NCBI GenBank assembly: GCA_016861265.1
Contig: BOLA01000002.1
Coordinates: 1 to 41,420, forward strand
DNA: 41,420 nt
Source of the DNA: Patescibacteria group bacterium
Lineage (GTDB): Bacteria > Patescibacteriota > Dojkabacteria > J137
Direction: 5' to 3'
A program made the position numbers and the translations under genes. Positions 9,778-18,913 of this stretch are shown one piece after another; the first letter of the stretch is position 1, and each line of letters starts with the position of its first letter. Under the pieces are notes generated by a model, which was not told where the DNA came from, ran no database searches, and worked only from the letters and a program-made list of their open reading frames with translations.

Positions 9778-10707
9778 TCATGATGCCTTACTTACTAGGT
9801 GGATAAAAACGTTTTCAAGAGATGGTGTAATTATTCGGTTGTCAACTATTTGAATTTTATTATCAACCAAAAGTTTTTCTAAATCCTGGTACTGATTATC
9901 ATAATTTTGAAGAGCAACATTAAGCCTATCGCCGTACATTTGAACTTCAAAATCTGCTCCTGCTTTTATTAAGTTGTAAGCTTCTCGAATCGGTGAGCAG
10001 ACAATTTCTACAATTTGTGCTTTTAATGATGCCTTAACATTTTTAGGAGTATCCCAGCTTATGATCTCACCATTATTCATAAGTGCAATACGATTACATC
10101 TTTCTGCTTCATCTAGATAAGGCGTTGTCATAAAAATTGTTATTCCATCCTTTTGTAGATCGGATAATATTTTCCAAAAATCTCTTCGTGAAACCGGATC
10201 AACACCTGTCGTTGGCTCATCTAAAAATATTATCTTGGGCTTGTGTATTAGAGTGCAAGCCAATGCAAGCTTCTGTTTCATACCTCCTGAAAGTTTATCT
10301 GCAAGCCTGTCTCTAAATGGTGTTAATCTTGTAAATTCTAATAATTCATTTCGTCTGTCTTTAAAATTTTTCACTCCATGGATATCTGCAAAGAATTCAA
10401 TATTTTCATCAATAGTTAGATCACCATACAGAGAAAATTTTTGCGATAAGTATCCAATTTCATTCTTAATCAGGTTTTGTTGTGTCAACAGATCATAACC
10501 GAGAACCTTAGCATTACCTGAATCAGGTCTTAACAAGCCAGTTAACATTCTTATTGTAGTTGTCTTTCCTGCGCCGTCTGGTCCAACAAGTCCAAACATT
10601 TCCCCTTCAGAAACTGAATATGAAACTCCTTTTACCGCAGTAACTTTTCCGTAATTCCTTTTTAGGCTTTCTATAATTATTGCATTTTCCATTTTATGAT
10701 TCTCCAT
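9778..10707 (-). CDS. ABC transporter ATP-binding protein
   Basis: Walker A GPDGAGKTT, LSGGMKQ, IFLDEPTTG. Confidence 0.95.
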   Translation of the reverse strand: MENHKMENAIIIESLKRNYGKVTAVKGVSYSVSEGEMFGLVGPDGAGKTTTIRMLTGLLRPDSGNAKVLGYDLLTQQNLIKNEIGYLSQKFSLYGDLTIDENIEFFADIHGVKNFKDRRNELLEFTRLTPFRDRLADKLSGGMKQKLALACTLIHKPKIIFLDEPTTGVDPVSRRDFWKILSDLQKDGITIFMTTPYLDEAERCNRIALMNNGEIISWDTPKNVKASLKAQIVEIVCSPIREAYNLIKAGADFEVQMYGDRLNVALQNYDNQYQDLEKLLVDNKIQIVDNRIITPSLENVFIHLVSKAS

Positions 10708-10718
10708 TAAATGCGTTT

Positions 10719-11684
10719 TTAGAGTATTACCTTTGCATCCGCAGGCATTCCTGGTTTTAGGTCATAATTCTTATTCGGGATCTCAATCTTCACCGCAAAC
10801 ACGAGCTTTGTTCTTTCATCTTTTGTTTGAATATTCTTAGGAGTGAATTCTGCTTCGGGGGAAATATAGGTTACTTTTCCATCATAAACTTTATCTTCAA
10901 ATGTGTCGATAGTTACTTCAGCTTTTTGTCCAAGTTTCACTAACCCGAGTTCTACTTCGGAAACATAAATTACTAATTCAACTACATCCAGATCAGAAAC
11001 TTTAAACAATGATGACATTGGGGTAACTGTTTCGTCGTGTTCAACAAAGGTTTTAACCAGGAATCCGTTTATTGGTGAGGTTACATAACTATCACGAATG
11101 TTTTTTTCTAATAGATCAACTCCTGCAATTGATTTATTTAAATTCGCCTTTGCCTGATCAATCTCTTCTTTTCTAAATATTTGTTTTACCTTAGCGAGAT
11201 TTTCATTTGCAGCACTATATTGTGCAGCCATCAAATCATACCTTGCAACCGCATCTTCATATTGCTTTTGAGTGATTGAACGTGAATCATACAAACTCTT
11301 CATCCGCGCTTTATCTCGCTCAGCCGTTTCGTAATTAACTTTCGCCTGATTCAGACTCTGTTCTGCCTGATTTATATCTTCTTTCCTTGCACCTGCCAGC
11401 ATTAGTTTTAATTGAGCTTCAGTTACATCTTTAGACGCAATCGACTGACGTAATTGAATATCAAGCATTTCATGATCGATAATTAGTATTGTATCGCCGA
11501 TGCTAACTTTAGCACCTTCACTGAAATTCATTTTTTTAATATTTCCGGCTGTTCTGGAGCTAATGATTATATTAGTTGATTCAATTGTTCCTGATGCTTC
11601 GATAAACATTTTCTCATCGATGCTGCTGCAACCAATAAAAAATAGAAAAGTTGTAAGAGTTAAGAATATTAGTGATGCTTTCAT
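10719..11684 (-). CDS. HlyD/YbhG-family membrane fusion protein (lipoprotein)
   Basis: Lipobox-like FIGC; ASGTIE, coiled-coil hairpin, ISPEAEFTPKNIQTKDER, LKPGMPAD. Confidence 0.92.
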   Translation of the reverse strand: MKASLIFLTLTTFLFFIGCSSIDEKMFIEASGTIESTNIIISSRTAGNIKKMNFSEGAKVSIGDTILIIDHEMLDIQLRQSIASKDVTEAQLKLMLAGARKEDINQAEQSLNQAKVNYETAERDKARMKSLYDSRSITQKQYEDAVARYDLMAAQYSAANENLAKVKQIFRKEEIDQAKANLNKSIAGVDLLEKNIRDSYVTSPINGFLVKTFVEHDETVTPMSSLFKVSDLDVVELVIYVSEVELGLVKLGQKAEVTIDTFEDKVYDGKVTYISPEAEFTPKNIQTKDERTKLVFAVKIEIPNKNYDLKPGMPADAKVIL

Positions 11685-12319
11685 TTGATTACCTCTAGTT
11701 TATAGTTTAATAATTGTTTGCCTTTTTTTGTTAAAATCCCATTCAGAAGCATGTTAAATGCTTGCCTGAAGATCTGATGATATGAAAATTTAGAGGTAGA
11801 GTCGGATTTAGATTCTGCAATTGCGCCCAACGCAGAACTAAACACTTTTAATACGATTTCATCGGGCATATCTAAAATCAGATTTTTCCTTTTACCAAGT
11901 TTGAGTAAAAGACCAATAAGCGGAACTATTCGATCTATCCTGAATTGCTCTATATAATTTGCTAACTGCGGAAAATGATACTTTAATCTTTTTAAAGACT
12001 CTTCGTTGAATATGGTAAAGTATTCTTCAACCATATTTGATAAGTCAATAAACTTTTCAACAATATTAGATCGCGCCTGAATTATTGTAACAACTTCGCT
12101 GTAAGCGACTGTTAATTGTTTAATTAAAACTGTTCTGATCAATTCTTCTTTTGTTCGGAAGTATTTGTAGATAGTTTTTTTACTTATATGTAACTCATTT
12201 GCAATTTGAACTACTGCAAAATTCCTAAAACCATAATTAAAGAAGTTCTTCGCGAGATGTTCCAGAATCCGCAATTTTAATTCATCATCATTTTGATTTA
12301 TAATTTCTAAATATTTCAT
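11681..12319 (-). CDS. TetR/AcrR-family transcriptional regulator
   Basis: N-terminal HTH: YGFRNFAVVQIANELHISKKTIYKYFRTKEELI. Confidence 0.9.
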   Translation of the reverse strand: MKYLEIINQNDDELKLRILEHLAKNFFNYGFRNFAVVQIANELHISKKTIYKYFRTKEELIRTVLIKQLTVAYSEVVTIIQARSNIVEKFIDLSNMVEEYFTIFNEESLKRLKYHFPQLANYIEQFRIDRIVPLIGLLLKLGKRKNLILDMPDEIVLKVFSSALGAIAESKSDSTSKFSYHQIFRQAFNMLLNGILTKKGKQLLNYKLEVIK

Positions 12320-12335
12320 TTTAATTTTTAAAGTT

Positions 12336-12353
12336 TGTTATCGTTAACTAACA
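12336..12353. promoter_or_regulatory. Candidate TetR operator upstream of the second TetR gene
   Basis: Imperfect palindrome TGTTA-TCGTTAAC-TAACA, 17 bp upstream of the ATG at 12319. Confidence 0.45.
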
Positions 12354-12373
12354 TATTGGTTAAAAAAATATAT

Positions 12374-12961
12374 TTATTTCATAAATATTAATTTATCCAA
12401 CATTTTCACAATACTCTTGCCACGCTCAGACAACGAGAAACTGAAATTACTCAATCGCCATTCAAGTACAATCATTCTGATTAATCCTAAAATCAAGCTT
12501 AATAAATCTTTGTGATTAACATCAGCTACTTCTCCTTTTTGGGAGGATTCTTGAAGAATAGAACTCAACAAATTTTTCCTTTTTTGGATAATAAACATCA
12601 ATTTCTGTCGTAAAATATCGCTTTGATCAAACATATCCTCTGCAAACAATACAGATGTCATTTCTTTCTTTTTTTCAAGAAAATCAAAATGAAATAAAAT
12701 AAAATGCCTAATTTTATCTTGAGCAGTTTTTTGTTTCATGATTTCTCTTTCCAGTAAATGATCGAAATCCACCATTCTGTTCAAGATCCCAAGAATAATA
12801 TCCTCTTTATTTAAAAAGTGGCGATAAATAGCTGGTTCACTTATTCGAACCTGCTTCGCTAGCTCTCTAATAGAAAGAGATTGATAGCCGCCATTGTGAA
12901 TTATATTAATGGCCTCATCAATTATCATATCTTGCCTTTGTTCGGTACTTAATCGTGACAT
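12374..12961 (-). CDS. TetR/AcrR-family transcriptional regulator (likely start is the ATG at 12961, not the GTG at 12988)
   Basis: HTH LSIRELAKQVRISEPAIYRHF; AAGGA Shine-Dalgarno precedes the ATG at 12961. Confidence 0.9.
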   Translation of the reverse strand: MSRLSTEQRQDMIIDEAINIIHNGGYQSLSIRELAKQVRISEPAIYRHFLNKEDIILGILNRMVDFDHLLEREIMKQKTAQDKIRHFILFHFDFLEKKKEMTSVLFAEDMFDQSDILRQKLMFIIQKRKNLLSSILQESSQKGEVADVNHKDLLSLILGLIRMIVLEWRLSNFSFSLSERGKSIVKMLDKLIFMK

Positions 12962-12977
12962 TTTATCCTTAAATAAA

Positions 12978-13025
12978 TTAGTTAACACTCGCTAACAAAA
13001 ATAATATTATAAAACGATTTGTCAA
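12978..13025 (-). promoter_or_regulatory. Sigma70-type promoter (TTGACA-N16-TATTTT) followed by a candidate TetR operator (plus strand TTAGTTAACACTCGCTAA, 12978-12995)
   Basis: Minus-strand TTGACA at 13025-13020 and TATTTT at 13003-12998; palindromic TTAG...CTAA directly downstream, 17 bp before the start codon. Confidence 0.5.
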
Positions 13026-13101
13026 GGGTCATTATTTTATTATTTTTGATTTGTGACCTCAATCAAGTGTTCCGCTAATAATCATAAATGTAATAAACTA
13101 A

Positions 13102-13416
13102 TTATTTGATCATAGTCAAAAGCATTTTTGATTTTACGGTTGCTTTTAACCCGTGTGGAATATTTGGCGGCATAATTATTATCTCACCTGCTTTAACATT
13201 GTATGGATTACCGCCTATCTTAATTTCCATTTCACCATCAACCATATAAACAACTGCTTCATAAGGCGAAGTGTGTTCTGTTAACGATTCATCTTTATCA
13301 AATGCAAACAGAGTAATATTTCAATTTGGTTTTTTAAGAATCTGTTTACTAACGATTGAACCATTTTGATATCCGATCGCATCTATCAACATTTCTTTGT
13401 TTGTTGTTTCTGACAT
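13102..13416 (-). pseudogene. Cupin-domain protein interrupted by an in-frame TGA at 13321-13323 (missed by the ORF track)
   Basis: Reads MSETTNKEMLIDAIGYQNGSIVSKQILKKPN*NITLFAFDKDESLTEHTSPYEAVVYMVDGEMEIKIGG...MPPNIPHGLKA...MIK; a Gly codon (GGA) is expected at the stop. Confidence 0.8.
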
Positions 13417-13515
13417 TCTTTTCTTTCCTTAATGATTATTTATGTTTTTACTAGCGCAGCATTTTAAAAGTTAAGAAAAACATTCAACCCAGTTCTTTAA
13501 ATTTTATTCTGATGT

Positions 13516-14106
13516 TTAATGCCCTGCGTGTGAAACACTGTCATGTTCTATAATATCGTGAATTGCTTCAACAGTATGCGTGTAGTCAACATAGGCAGCT
13601 ACAAATTCTCTTCCTTTTTCAACCGAATCATCTTTTATTCTATTGAGTTCCGATACTTTTTGATATTTCTCACGAACTACTTTATCAATATGATTATTCA
13701 GCTTGAGCAATAAATCTTCCACATTGTTCTCTTTAAGAGCTATATCAGTCATTTGAATAATCAGTTTTGTAGTTCCCGCAGGTTTTAAGCCGGTATATGG
13801 CGCACCTTCTGTTTCACGGTGCAATCGAACGAGAGTCTCGAAAAAATGTTTCTCCACAATCTCATAAACTCCTTTGTCTCCATTGCGCAATTCGTAAGTT
13901 TTTTGAAACAATGTTGTAATCTCTTTCTCTTGTTCTTTAGTAACCCATTTAAGAACTAAATTAACATTGTTTGTTTCGAGTGCCTTTTCAGCATCTTTAA
14001 TGACTGGTCCGTCATAAGAATCACAATGAGCAGATGCTGAGTTTGTAAATACGAACATGAATGATGCTAAAAATAACAGTGCTGTAAATTTTGATTTGAG
14101 TAACAT
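13516..14106 (-). CDS. DUF6448-like exported protein
   Basis: Signal peptide then AHCDSYDGPVIKDA; FFETLVRLHRETEGAPYTGLKPAG; His-rich tail. Confidence 0.7.
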   Translation of the reverse strand: MLLKSKFTALLFLASFMFVFTNSASAHCDSYDGPVIKDAEKALETNNVNLVLKWVTKEQEKEITTLFQKTYELRNGDKGVYEIVEKHFFETLVRLHRETEGAPYTGLKPAGTTKLIIQMTDIALKENNVEDLLLKLNNHIDKVVREKYQKVSELNRIKDDSVEKGREFVAAYVDYTHTVEAIHDIIEHDSVSHAGH

Positions 14107-14118
14107 TGCATTTCTCCT

Positions 14119-14580
14119 TTAATAAATTACTTTCTGATTGAATCTAAGTTTTAGGTACTCACCAATTAATAAGACAGTTGGATAAGTAACCTCTTCTTCA
14201 GTTTTTGCGTGCAACTTAAGTTTTTCTGCAAATGCAGCGTATTCAGGTTTATTTTCTTCCTGCGCTGCTTTAACAAGTTCATCCAACGCTGTAACTATTG
14301 CTTTATGTTCTTGTAACATTTTAGGAAGCTCGACTTTTAATTTGTCGGTCATCTTCAAAATTTCCTTCATATCTTCATTTACTTTTCCTTTGCTCAATTG
14401 AGGTAAAATACCTAATGGAGGAATAGCAAATTCTTCTTCACTTACAAAGTGAGGATGTAGAGTCTGAGCAACTAATCTTGCTGCTTCTGCTATTTTACTA
14501 CCGACTTTGGTCGCTTTGTCAAGCTCCATATGAAGTTCATCGTGCTCAAGTTTTAGTGACTTCGGAATTGTTGTTTTCAT
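14119..14580 (-). CDS. Hemerythrin/HHE cation-binding domain protein
   Basis: EHDELH, HFVSEEE, EHKAI, HAKTEEEVTYP di-iron ligand pattern. Confidence 0.82.
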   Translation of the reverse strand: MKTTIPKSLKLEHDELHMELDKATKVGSKIAEAARLVAQTLHPHFVSEEEFAIPPLGILPQLSKGKVNEDMKEILKMTDKLKVELPKMLQEHKAIVTALDELVKAAQEENKPEYAAFAEKLKLHAKTEEEVTYPTVLLIGEYLKLRFNQKVIY

Positions 14581-14613
14581 TGATTGTATATCCTTTATTT
14601 TATTTTCATTAGA

Positions 14614-14655
14614 AACTTAGTTTCTTATGAGAAGATGTTCCATGACTTAAGTCAG
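14614..14655 (-). promoter_or_regulatory. Crp/Fnr-type box (ATGAC-TTAA-GTCAG, 14642-14655) with a -10-like TAAGTT 22 nt downstream
   Basis: Palindrome of TTGAT-N4-ATCAA type, 62 bp upstream of the hemerythrin start; near-identical to the site at 18082. Confidence 0.6.
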
Positions 14656-14701
14656 AATGTTGTTGATTGTTATAAACAGTTTTTAGGATTATATAAAAAC
14701 A

Positions 14702-14932
14702 TTAAATTAATTCTTTCTTTATTGCATCCATCGGACAGATAGAAATACATTTTATTTTCTTTAAACCAGCACATTCGTCGCAAATTTCAGTTATAATAAA
14801 AAAATGATCCTTCGAAATCGGCGACATAAATTTCTCTTTTATTTTCAAAACGATGCCAGGTTCATAAATAGCTTCTGTTGGACATTCTACTGCACAGGCT
14901 CCGCAGTTAATGCAATCTTCGGTAATTTTCAT
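14702..14932 (-). CDS. 2x[4Fe-4S] ferredoxin (YfhL-like)
   Basis: CINCGACAVECP and CDECAG...CISICP motifs. Confidence 0.9.
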   Translation of the reverse strand: MKITEDCINCGACAVECPTEAIYEPGIVLKIKEKFMSPISKDHFFIITEICDECAGLKKIKCISICPMDAIKKELI

Positions 14933-15384
14933 TTCACTTCACCTTTGGATTTTACATATTGAATTCGAACAGGTCTGATTCTTCCCCATATTGAATAAAA
15001 AAATAATCCTATAGCTAAAATTTGAAATGTCGAGGCGATCGTTATCCCGATACCTATCCAATCATAAAAGTAAAATCCCTTCATAATCTGGAGTACAAAT
15101 CTTATTAATGTAGTAAATGTCATCGACCAATATGTTATATAGATTAACAGAGGGTTGTATTTTTTATCCTCTTTTTCTGCTTTGGGAAAAAACCACAATG
15201 CAACACCCATAATCATCATCAATACTGAACCTGCTAAAATTATATGTGCATGTGCAGTTATAATTTCTGGATAATAACCCGACTTAAAAACGTATCTAGA
15301 AAAAGACATAAAAAGTCCGCTTAATATTCCAATAATTAAAAATACTATGCTTGTTTTAATAAAATATCTTACTGTTGTAAAAAT
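14929..15384 (-). CDS. Membrane protein (about 4 TM, HAH motif) resembling a heme-copper oxidase subunit I fragment; true start probably at 15384, where ATT replaces ATG
   Basis: Open frame extends 25 codons upstream of the called ATG (IFTTVRYFIKTSIVFLIIGILSGLF), starting 3 nt after the DUF59 stop; TAHAHIILAG...MIMGVALWFFP. Confidence 0.6.
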   Translation of the reverse strand: MFTTVRYFIKTSIVFLIIGILSGLFMSFSRYVFKSGYYPEIITAHAHIILAGSVLMMIMGVALWFFPKAEKEDKKYNPLLIYITYWSMTFTTLIRFVLQIMKGFYFYDWIGIGITIASTFQILAIGLFFYSIWGRIRPVRIQYVKSKGEVK

Positions 15385-15387
15385 TGC

Positions 15388-15690
15388 TTAGCCTGTATGT
15401 CCTAATTCCTGTCGAGCTTCATCCGTCATTTTATCCGGTGCCCATTGAGGTTCCCAGACAAGATTTATAATTACTTTTTTTTCAGGTTCTAAGTGTCCAA
15501 CTACATTTTCAACCCAAGCTGAAATGCTGCTATGCATCGGGCAGCCCGGCGTAGTTAGGGTCATCGTGATTATATTTGCTTCGTCGTTGGATTCAACTTC
15601 ATAAACGAGCCCAAGATCAACAATATTAATTCCTATCTCTGGATCAATAACACCTTTTAGAACTTCCAATATTTCTTCTTTGTTTGCCAT
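15388..15690 (-). CDS. DUF59 / SufT-PaaD-like metal-sulfur cluster assembly factor
   Basis: VIDPEIGINIVDLGLVY, MTLTTPGCPM, WEPQWAPDKM. Confidence 0.88.
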   Translation of the reverse strand: MANKEEILEVLKGVIDPEIGINIVDLGLVYEVESNDEANIITMTLTTPGCPMHSSISAWVENVVGHLEPEKKVIINLVWEPQWAPDKMTDEARQELGHTG

Positions 15691-15697
15691 ATAGTTT

Positions 15698-16963
15698 TTA
15701 CTTCCTGAAAATTGTTATCATATTAAATAGAAAGATTTCAGAACTGATAAACATTATTGAAAATGAAATCAGTATCCCTGTTTCACTTCCAAATGCCAAA
15801 GAGTAAAGAGAGCCGAAAACTGCCGTAATCATTAAATAGAACTCAATCTGTGCAAACTTTTCATTGAACATATCTTTTAACATCGGCACCGGTTCAAGCC
15901 CGACTTTACTGCTGTATTTGTGGTACCAAACAAGAAATGGTACAATCTTGTACATCTGTCCAACAATAAGCATAGAGATGTAACCGAAGATTATCATATA
16001 ACCGTAAATAAGTGTAAGGTTGATAATGTTTTGATATTCAACAAATGCAATAAAAGTTCCGAGTATGGTTGTTAGTCCAAGCATAAGATATGCAACAACA
16101 GAAAACTTAATACCTATATCATACTTTTTTCTAATTCTGTTTTTGAAAATGATACGAATTTGAAGAAGGAAGAAAATTATCCCTAAAACAATTAGTCCAG
16201 TGAATATGTAATAAAGAAACGTTGTATCCTTGTAATGCATAATAGTAGATATCCCAAGTAAGCCTACGTTAAGAATCCAGAAGGCTAGTTTTGCATTTGT
16301 TAAAGGAAAACCATGTGAAAGAGTAAACATTGGAATAAGCTTAAATGAAACTCCCATTATCACCATAGAAACCCAGCCAATGAAAGCAATGTGTGCGTGT
16401 AAATTTAAATATTGAAGATGATCTATCTTTACGTATGGTGTCCATAGATTTATAGCCAGCAAAGGTCCTGCTATCGCGGTTACAATCAAATAGAAAATTG
16501 CCGCTGCAAGATACCACGCAGTAACGTTCCATTTCTTAACGCTTTTCATAGTAATGATTATATTATACGAAAAGATGAACATTGCAAGATTAAGTAGTAC
16601 TGCTGATAATGTCATATTAATTCCAGTATCGAATACCCAGAAACAATATACTAAACCGATTACGCTTGGTAAATAAATCCAGAACTGAATCTCCGCAAGT
16701 TTTTCACTGAACAGTTTTGTTTCGAGAACTACTGGAACAAGTTGAAACATCGCACCGAATATTATCATCGTTATCCAGCCAAGTGTTGCAACGTGATTGA
16801 TTGAAAGAATTTTAGGATTGAAATGATGTCCAACTATTTCAGAATAATTAAAAAGTAAAAGAAAATTTAAAAGCACAAACGAAACAATGGCTGCGATAAA
16901 ATATTTTGCAACTATTCTAAATGGCGGAGCATAAGCAGAAACAATTGATTCGGATTGAATCAC
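15698..16963 (-). CDS. Polytopic membrane protein (about 12 TM) of the heme-copper-oxidase-I-like/NnrS-like family found with DUF2249 genes
   Basis: HVATLGWITMIIFGAMFQLVPV, HAHIAFIGWVSMVIMGV, GQMYKIVPFLVW internal repeats with His in TM helices; no CuB HH motif. Confidence 0.65.
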   Translation of the reverse strand: MIQSESIVSAYAPPFRIVAKYFIAAIVSFVLLNFLLLFNYSEIVGHHFNPKILSINHVATLGWITMIIFGAMFQLVPVVLETKLFSEKLAEIQFWIYLPSVIGLVYCFWVFDTGINMTLSAVLLNLAMFIFSYNIIITMKSVKKWNVTAWYLAAAIFYLIVTAIAGPLLAINLWTPYVKIDHLQYLNLHAHIAFIGWVSMVIMGVSFKLIPMFTLSHGFPLTNAKLAFWILNVGLLGISTIMHYKDTTFLYYIFTGLIVLGIIFFLLQIRIIFKNRIRKKYDIGIKFSVVAYLMLGLTTILGTFIAFVEYQNIINLTLIYGYMIIFGYISMLIVGQMYKIVPFLVWYHKYSSKVGLEPVPMLKDMFNEKFAQIEFYLMITAVFGSLYSLAFGSETGILISFSIMFISSEIFLFNMITIFRK

Positions 16964-16965
16964 AA

Positions 16966-17796
16966 TTAAACATTCCTCTTTTTCGTTATCACAACCTTAA
17001 AATAATTTTCATCAATCTTATTTGTAATTGCTGTGTAACCTCTTTCCTCAAGTTTTGGGTAAAGCATCATCGGTTCGCGGTGATGATTAACAACCATAAC
17101 TGTTTTCTCATCTACTTTAGAAATATTTTCAAGTATCTTCATCATTGGTTCTGGTGGAGCTAATTCACGAACATCAAGCTCGATGACATTTTCATAATCA
17201 GCAGGAGATGCTAGACTTGCTTTCGTTTCTACATTAACTTCAGATTTATTTACATCATTTTTGTAGAAGAAAACATTAAACACGTTATTGTCTTTTTCTG
17301 TCCAATGCTCAAAACCTTTACCCTGCATTACTGAATAAAGTGGAAGTGGTTCAAACGAATTTATCAGATGAAAAACTTCGTCATCTTTTAGATTTTTTAC
17401 TTTTGTCATTATCTCAAGGAAAGGATCTTTACCTGAATCGATTATATACCTTACATCCATCTTTTGAATTTTGTCTTCACTTATATTTTTAAGACTTTCA
17501 GGTTTTTCTGTTAGAATCATTTTTTCTTCCGTGCTTTCTTCATTAATAGTTTCAGTATTATCTGCATTGATTGATTTATTTAATTCATTTAATAAATGAA
17601 CGAGATTCACACCGGCTATTCCTGCTGCCTGCTCAACATTTACTCTACTTGCAAGAGTTTTTCTCAGAATCTTGTTGTTTAGTTTCTTGAAGTGCATACT
17701 GAAATTGACAAGCACCTCCAGCGTCTGCGGAAACTCGGTCAGCAGCTTCGATATTTTCATATCCTTTGTGATCATCGTTGAACTATTTTTAGTCAA
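16966..17796 (-). CDS. DUF1858 plus two DUF2249 domains
   Basis: N-terminal MKISKLLTEFPQTLEVL...F; DVRYIIDSGKDPF and LDVRELAPPEPM DUF2249-type starts. Confidence 0.72.
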   Translation of the reverse strand: MTKNSSTMITKDMKISKLLTEFPQTLEVLVNFSMHFKKLNNKILRKTLASRVNVEQAAGIAGVNLVHLLNELNKSINADNTETINEESTEEKMILTEKPESLKNISEDKIQKMDVRYIIDSGKDPFLEIMTKVKNLKDDEVFHLINSFEPLPLYSVMQGKGFEHWTEKDNNVFNVFFYKNDVNKSEVNVETKASLASPADYENVIELDVRELAPPEPMMKILENISKVDEKTVMVVNHHREPMMLYPKLEERGYTAITNKIDENYFKVVITKKRNV

Positions 17797-18020
17797 ACTT
17801 TTGAAATGTTTACACGCCAGACTTCAGGACCACGCTCAACATATTCCCATCCAAACTGGTTTGCTTTTTCTGCCTGAAACTGATAATAAAGCGGAACCGG
17901 ATCATGATCATTAATTAACTGAAAAGCTTCTCCGTTTTTTAGTTCATCGAATGTTTTCATGATGGTTGGATGTTTTTCGCGAGGGACAACAGGACGAATA
18001 TCAAGTTTATTTAATTCCAT
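17793..18020 (-). CDS. Single-domain DUF2249 protein
   Basis: LDIRPVVPREKHPTI...LINDHDPVPLYYQF...GPEVWRV. Confidence 0.85.
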   Translation of the reverse strand: MELNKLDIRPVVPREKHPTIMKTFDELKNGEAFQLINDHDPVPLYYQFQAEKANQFGWEYVERGPEVWRVNISKV

Positions 18021-18053
18021 TTTAAACTCTTTCTAATTTAGGTTTTCTACTTA

Positions 18054-18095
18054 AACCTATTGGTTTTAATATTAGATTTCCTTGACTTAAGTCAG
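18054..18095 (-). promoter_or_regulatory. Crp/Fnr-type box (TTGAC-TTAA-GTCAG, 18082-18095) with a -10-like TAGGTT 22 nt downstream
   Basis: Palindrome 62 bp upstream of the DUF2249 start; same spacing as the 14642 site. Confidence 0.62.
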
Positions 18096-18160
18096 AGTTA
18101 TTATCTTTTAAACAATTAAATTTCGTTTGAATGTAAAGAAGTAAATAGAAGGCAGGATAC

Positions 18161-18855
18161 TTATTTTGCCAGGTCTTTTAATTTTTCAAGATCATTGATA
18201 AAGACAGTTTTACCAGATATGCGAATAATTTCTTCGTCTTGCAATTTTTTGAAGCTCCGAGAAAGAGTTTCTGTTATTGTCCCTAGATACGCAGCAATTG
18301 TTGATTTAGGAACTGTTAATTTTACAAATGGCTCTGGTAATGTTTCTGTTCCTGAAGAATTTATCTCCTTAAGAATGTATTTTGCAAGGCGATTGGGAAC
18401 TTCTTTGGATGAAATATCTTCCAGTTGATTGACTAGTGATTTCATTTTTTTTGAAAATCCCGCCAACATCTTTAATACATATCGGGCTTTTCACTGATAA
18501 GTTTATAAAATCCTTCTTTTGATATAAATATTAATAGAGATTCTTCAAGACTTTGTGCATTAGCTGGATAATTACCTCCATCAAATAAGGGAATATCAGC
18601 AAAAACACTTAACGGTTTCACAATGTGAACAACCGATTCCTTACCCCCTGAGCTAATCTTATAAACTTTTACTGATCCTTTTAATAAAATAAAAAATCCA
18701 TTATAAAAATCACCTTCATGAAAAAGGAAATCATTTTTCTTAAATATTTTAATTTTACTAAAAGAGGTAACTGTTCTTAACTGTTCAATACTTAGTCCAG
18801 AAAATAATGGAAGGTTTTTTAATGTGTCTTTGCCATTGACTATATCATTCATCAC
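18161..18855 (-). pseudogene. Crp/Fnr-family regulator split by a 1-nt frameshift near 18470-18480
   Basis: cNMP-binding domain (18472-18855: LFHEGDFYNGFFILLKGSVKVYK, FDGGNYPANA) followed out of frame by the HTH half (18161-18469: STIAAYLGTITETLSRSF). Confidence 0.85.
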
Positions 18856-18913
18856 ACACTCTGAAAGTCTTATTTCTGATTAAAAAATATAGTTTAATAT
18901 AAGGTTAAAATAA

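Noticed and set aside
1272-12000. Plus-strand ORFs 1272-1520, 2190-2462, 4526-4753, 4680-4907, 6799-7071, 10235-10498, 11500-11688
   Set aside because: Antisense shadows of well-supported minus-strand genes with no recognisable motifs
13106-13119. Fnr-like box TTGATCATAGTCAA (and a weaker one at 13053-13066)
   Set aside because: The first lies inside the cupin coding sequence (LTMIK), and neither has the 22-nt-spaced -10 element seen at the two accepted sites
13321-13323. Programmed TGA readthrough, selenocysteine or an alternative genetic code in the cupin and DUF4395 genes
   Set aside because: TGA is used as a normal stop elsewhere (e.g. 59-61); the cupin position expects Gly; the DUF4395 TGA follows a separate frameshift; point lesions are simpler
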